Shown here one piece after another: positions 63,532 through 64,000 of a DNA stretch of 64,000 bases (position 1 is its first letter; each line of letters starts with the position of its first letter). Source of the stretch: Schmidtea polychroa (taxonomy: Eukaryota); contig CM097886.1 in the NCBI GenBank assembly GCA_044892525.1, positions 182,764,312 through 182,828,311 of the forward strand, read 5' to 3'. The position numbers and the translations under genes are program-made. The notes under the pieces were generated by a model. It saw only the letters and a program-made list of their open reading frames with translations. It had not been told where the DNA came from and did no database searches.

Positions 63532-64000
63532 ATGACAACTGAAGAATCTTTGCAAGAATTAATAAATTCAAATAAAAATAAATCAGTAGTAATTGATGGT
63601 AAAAAATATTTTATTGGAAAACATGTAAAAGAACAAGTTAGAGCGAAGCTCCGCGAAGCTAAAGAAGGTGGCATTCTTCCATTAGCTGCTTTAATACCTG
63701 CAATCATTGCTGGTTTATCAGGTGCTGCTGGAATAGCTGGAGAAATTGCAACTACAGTTCAAAAAGCTAAAGAATCTCAAAAGACAGACCTAGAAAAAGA
63801 AAAACTACAAACTGAAATCGATTCAATGAAGAAGGTAGGGCAAGCTAAAGGGGGAGTGTCCGTTGGAAAGGGTCTCTATCTTAATCCATATGAGGGGAGT
63901 CGGCAAAAGTCTCAGGGCAAAGGTCTCTATCTTGATCCTTATAAAGGTAGAGGTTTAAATGATTTTTTAAAAAATCAAATTTCTACATCTGAATCTCTAT
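63532..64000 (+). CDS. pX/core-like virion protein, truncated by the window end
   Basis: Manual translation MTTEESLQ...KEGGILPLAALIPAIIAGLSGAAG...GKGLYLNPY...GKGLYLDPY; GG-hydrophobic motif like adenoviral pX cleavage sites. Confidence 0.6.
   Translation, partial: MTTEESLQELINSNKNKSVVIDGKKYFIGKHVKEQVRAKLREAKEGGILPLAALIPAIIAGLSGAAGIAGEIATTVQKAKESQKTDLEKEKLQTEIDSMKKVGQAKGGVSVGKGLYLNPYEGSRQKSQGKGLYLDPYKGRGLNDFLKNQISTSESL

Larger units (their letters stand above)
58570..64000. mobile_element. Polinton/Maverick (adintovirus-like) element, partial; left boundary uncertain, continues past the window
   Basis: Clustered major capsid, rve integrase, A32-like ATPase, PLA2 and pX-like ORFs; intronless, very AT-rich. 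Confidence 0.9.

Overview
Eukaryotic, AT-rich animal DNA (planarian-like by inference) made almost entirely of mobile elements; no intact host gene was found. (1) 1-7010: decayed minus-strand non-LTR retrotransposon of the R2/NeSL type, with zinc fingers, a Ulp1-like protease domain and RT. (2) 7.4-19.8 kb: DNA-transposon debris (hAT with 8-bp TSD and a nested Tc1-type MITE; pogo fragment), an intronless Rab1-PSMA6-MsrB chimeric pseudogene and two N gaps. (3) 19817-58230: a giant Ty3/Gypsy element, about 30.4 kb without its nested insert, with ~4.8-kb near-identical LTRs that each encode two ORFs, one an IAP-type RING. Its interior is essentially one ~4,700-codon polyprotein frame: capsid, 3 CCHC knuckles, 3 ubiquitin-like domains, a Bcl-2-like region, a chuvirus-like envelope glycoprotein placed BEFORE the protease, PR-RT-RH-IN, then ankyrin/membrane modules. 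A full-length TRAF and four coiled-coil or membrane ORFs follow. It resembles the planarian Burro elements. (4) 45978-53936: an intact CsRn1-type Gypsy nested in the 3' LTR (AACCT TSD, tRNA-Leu PBS). Its Gag begins with a 76-aa ubiquitin-like domain ending in GG, and its LTRs carry a captured ENGase fragment. (5) 58.3-64 kb: part of a Polinton/adintovirus (major capsid, PLA2-integrase fusion, packaging ATPase, pX-like protein) preceded by four tRNA-like Pol III cassettes. All homology calls come from motif recognition by eye; no searches were run.
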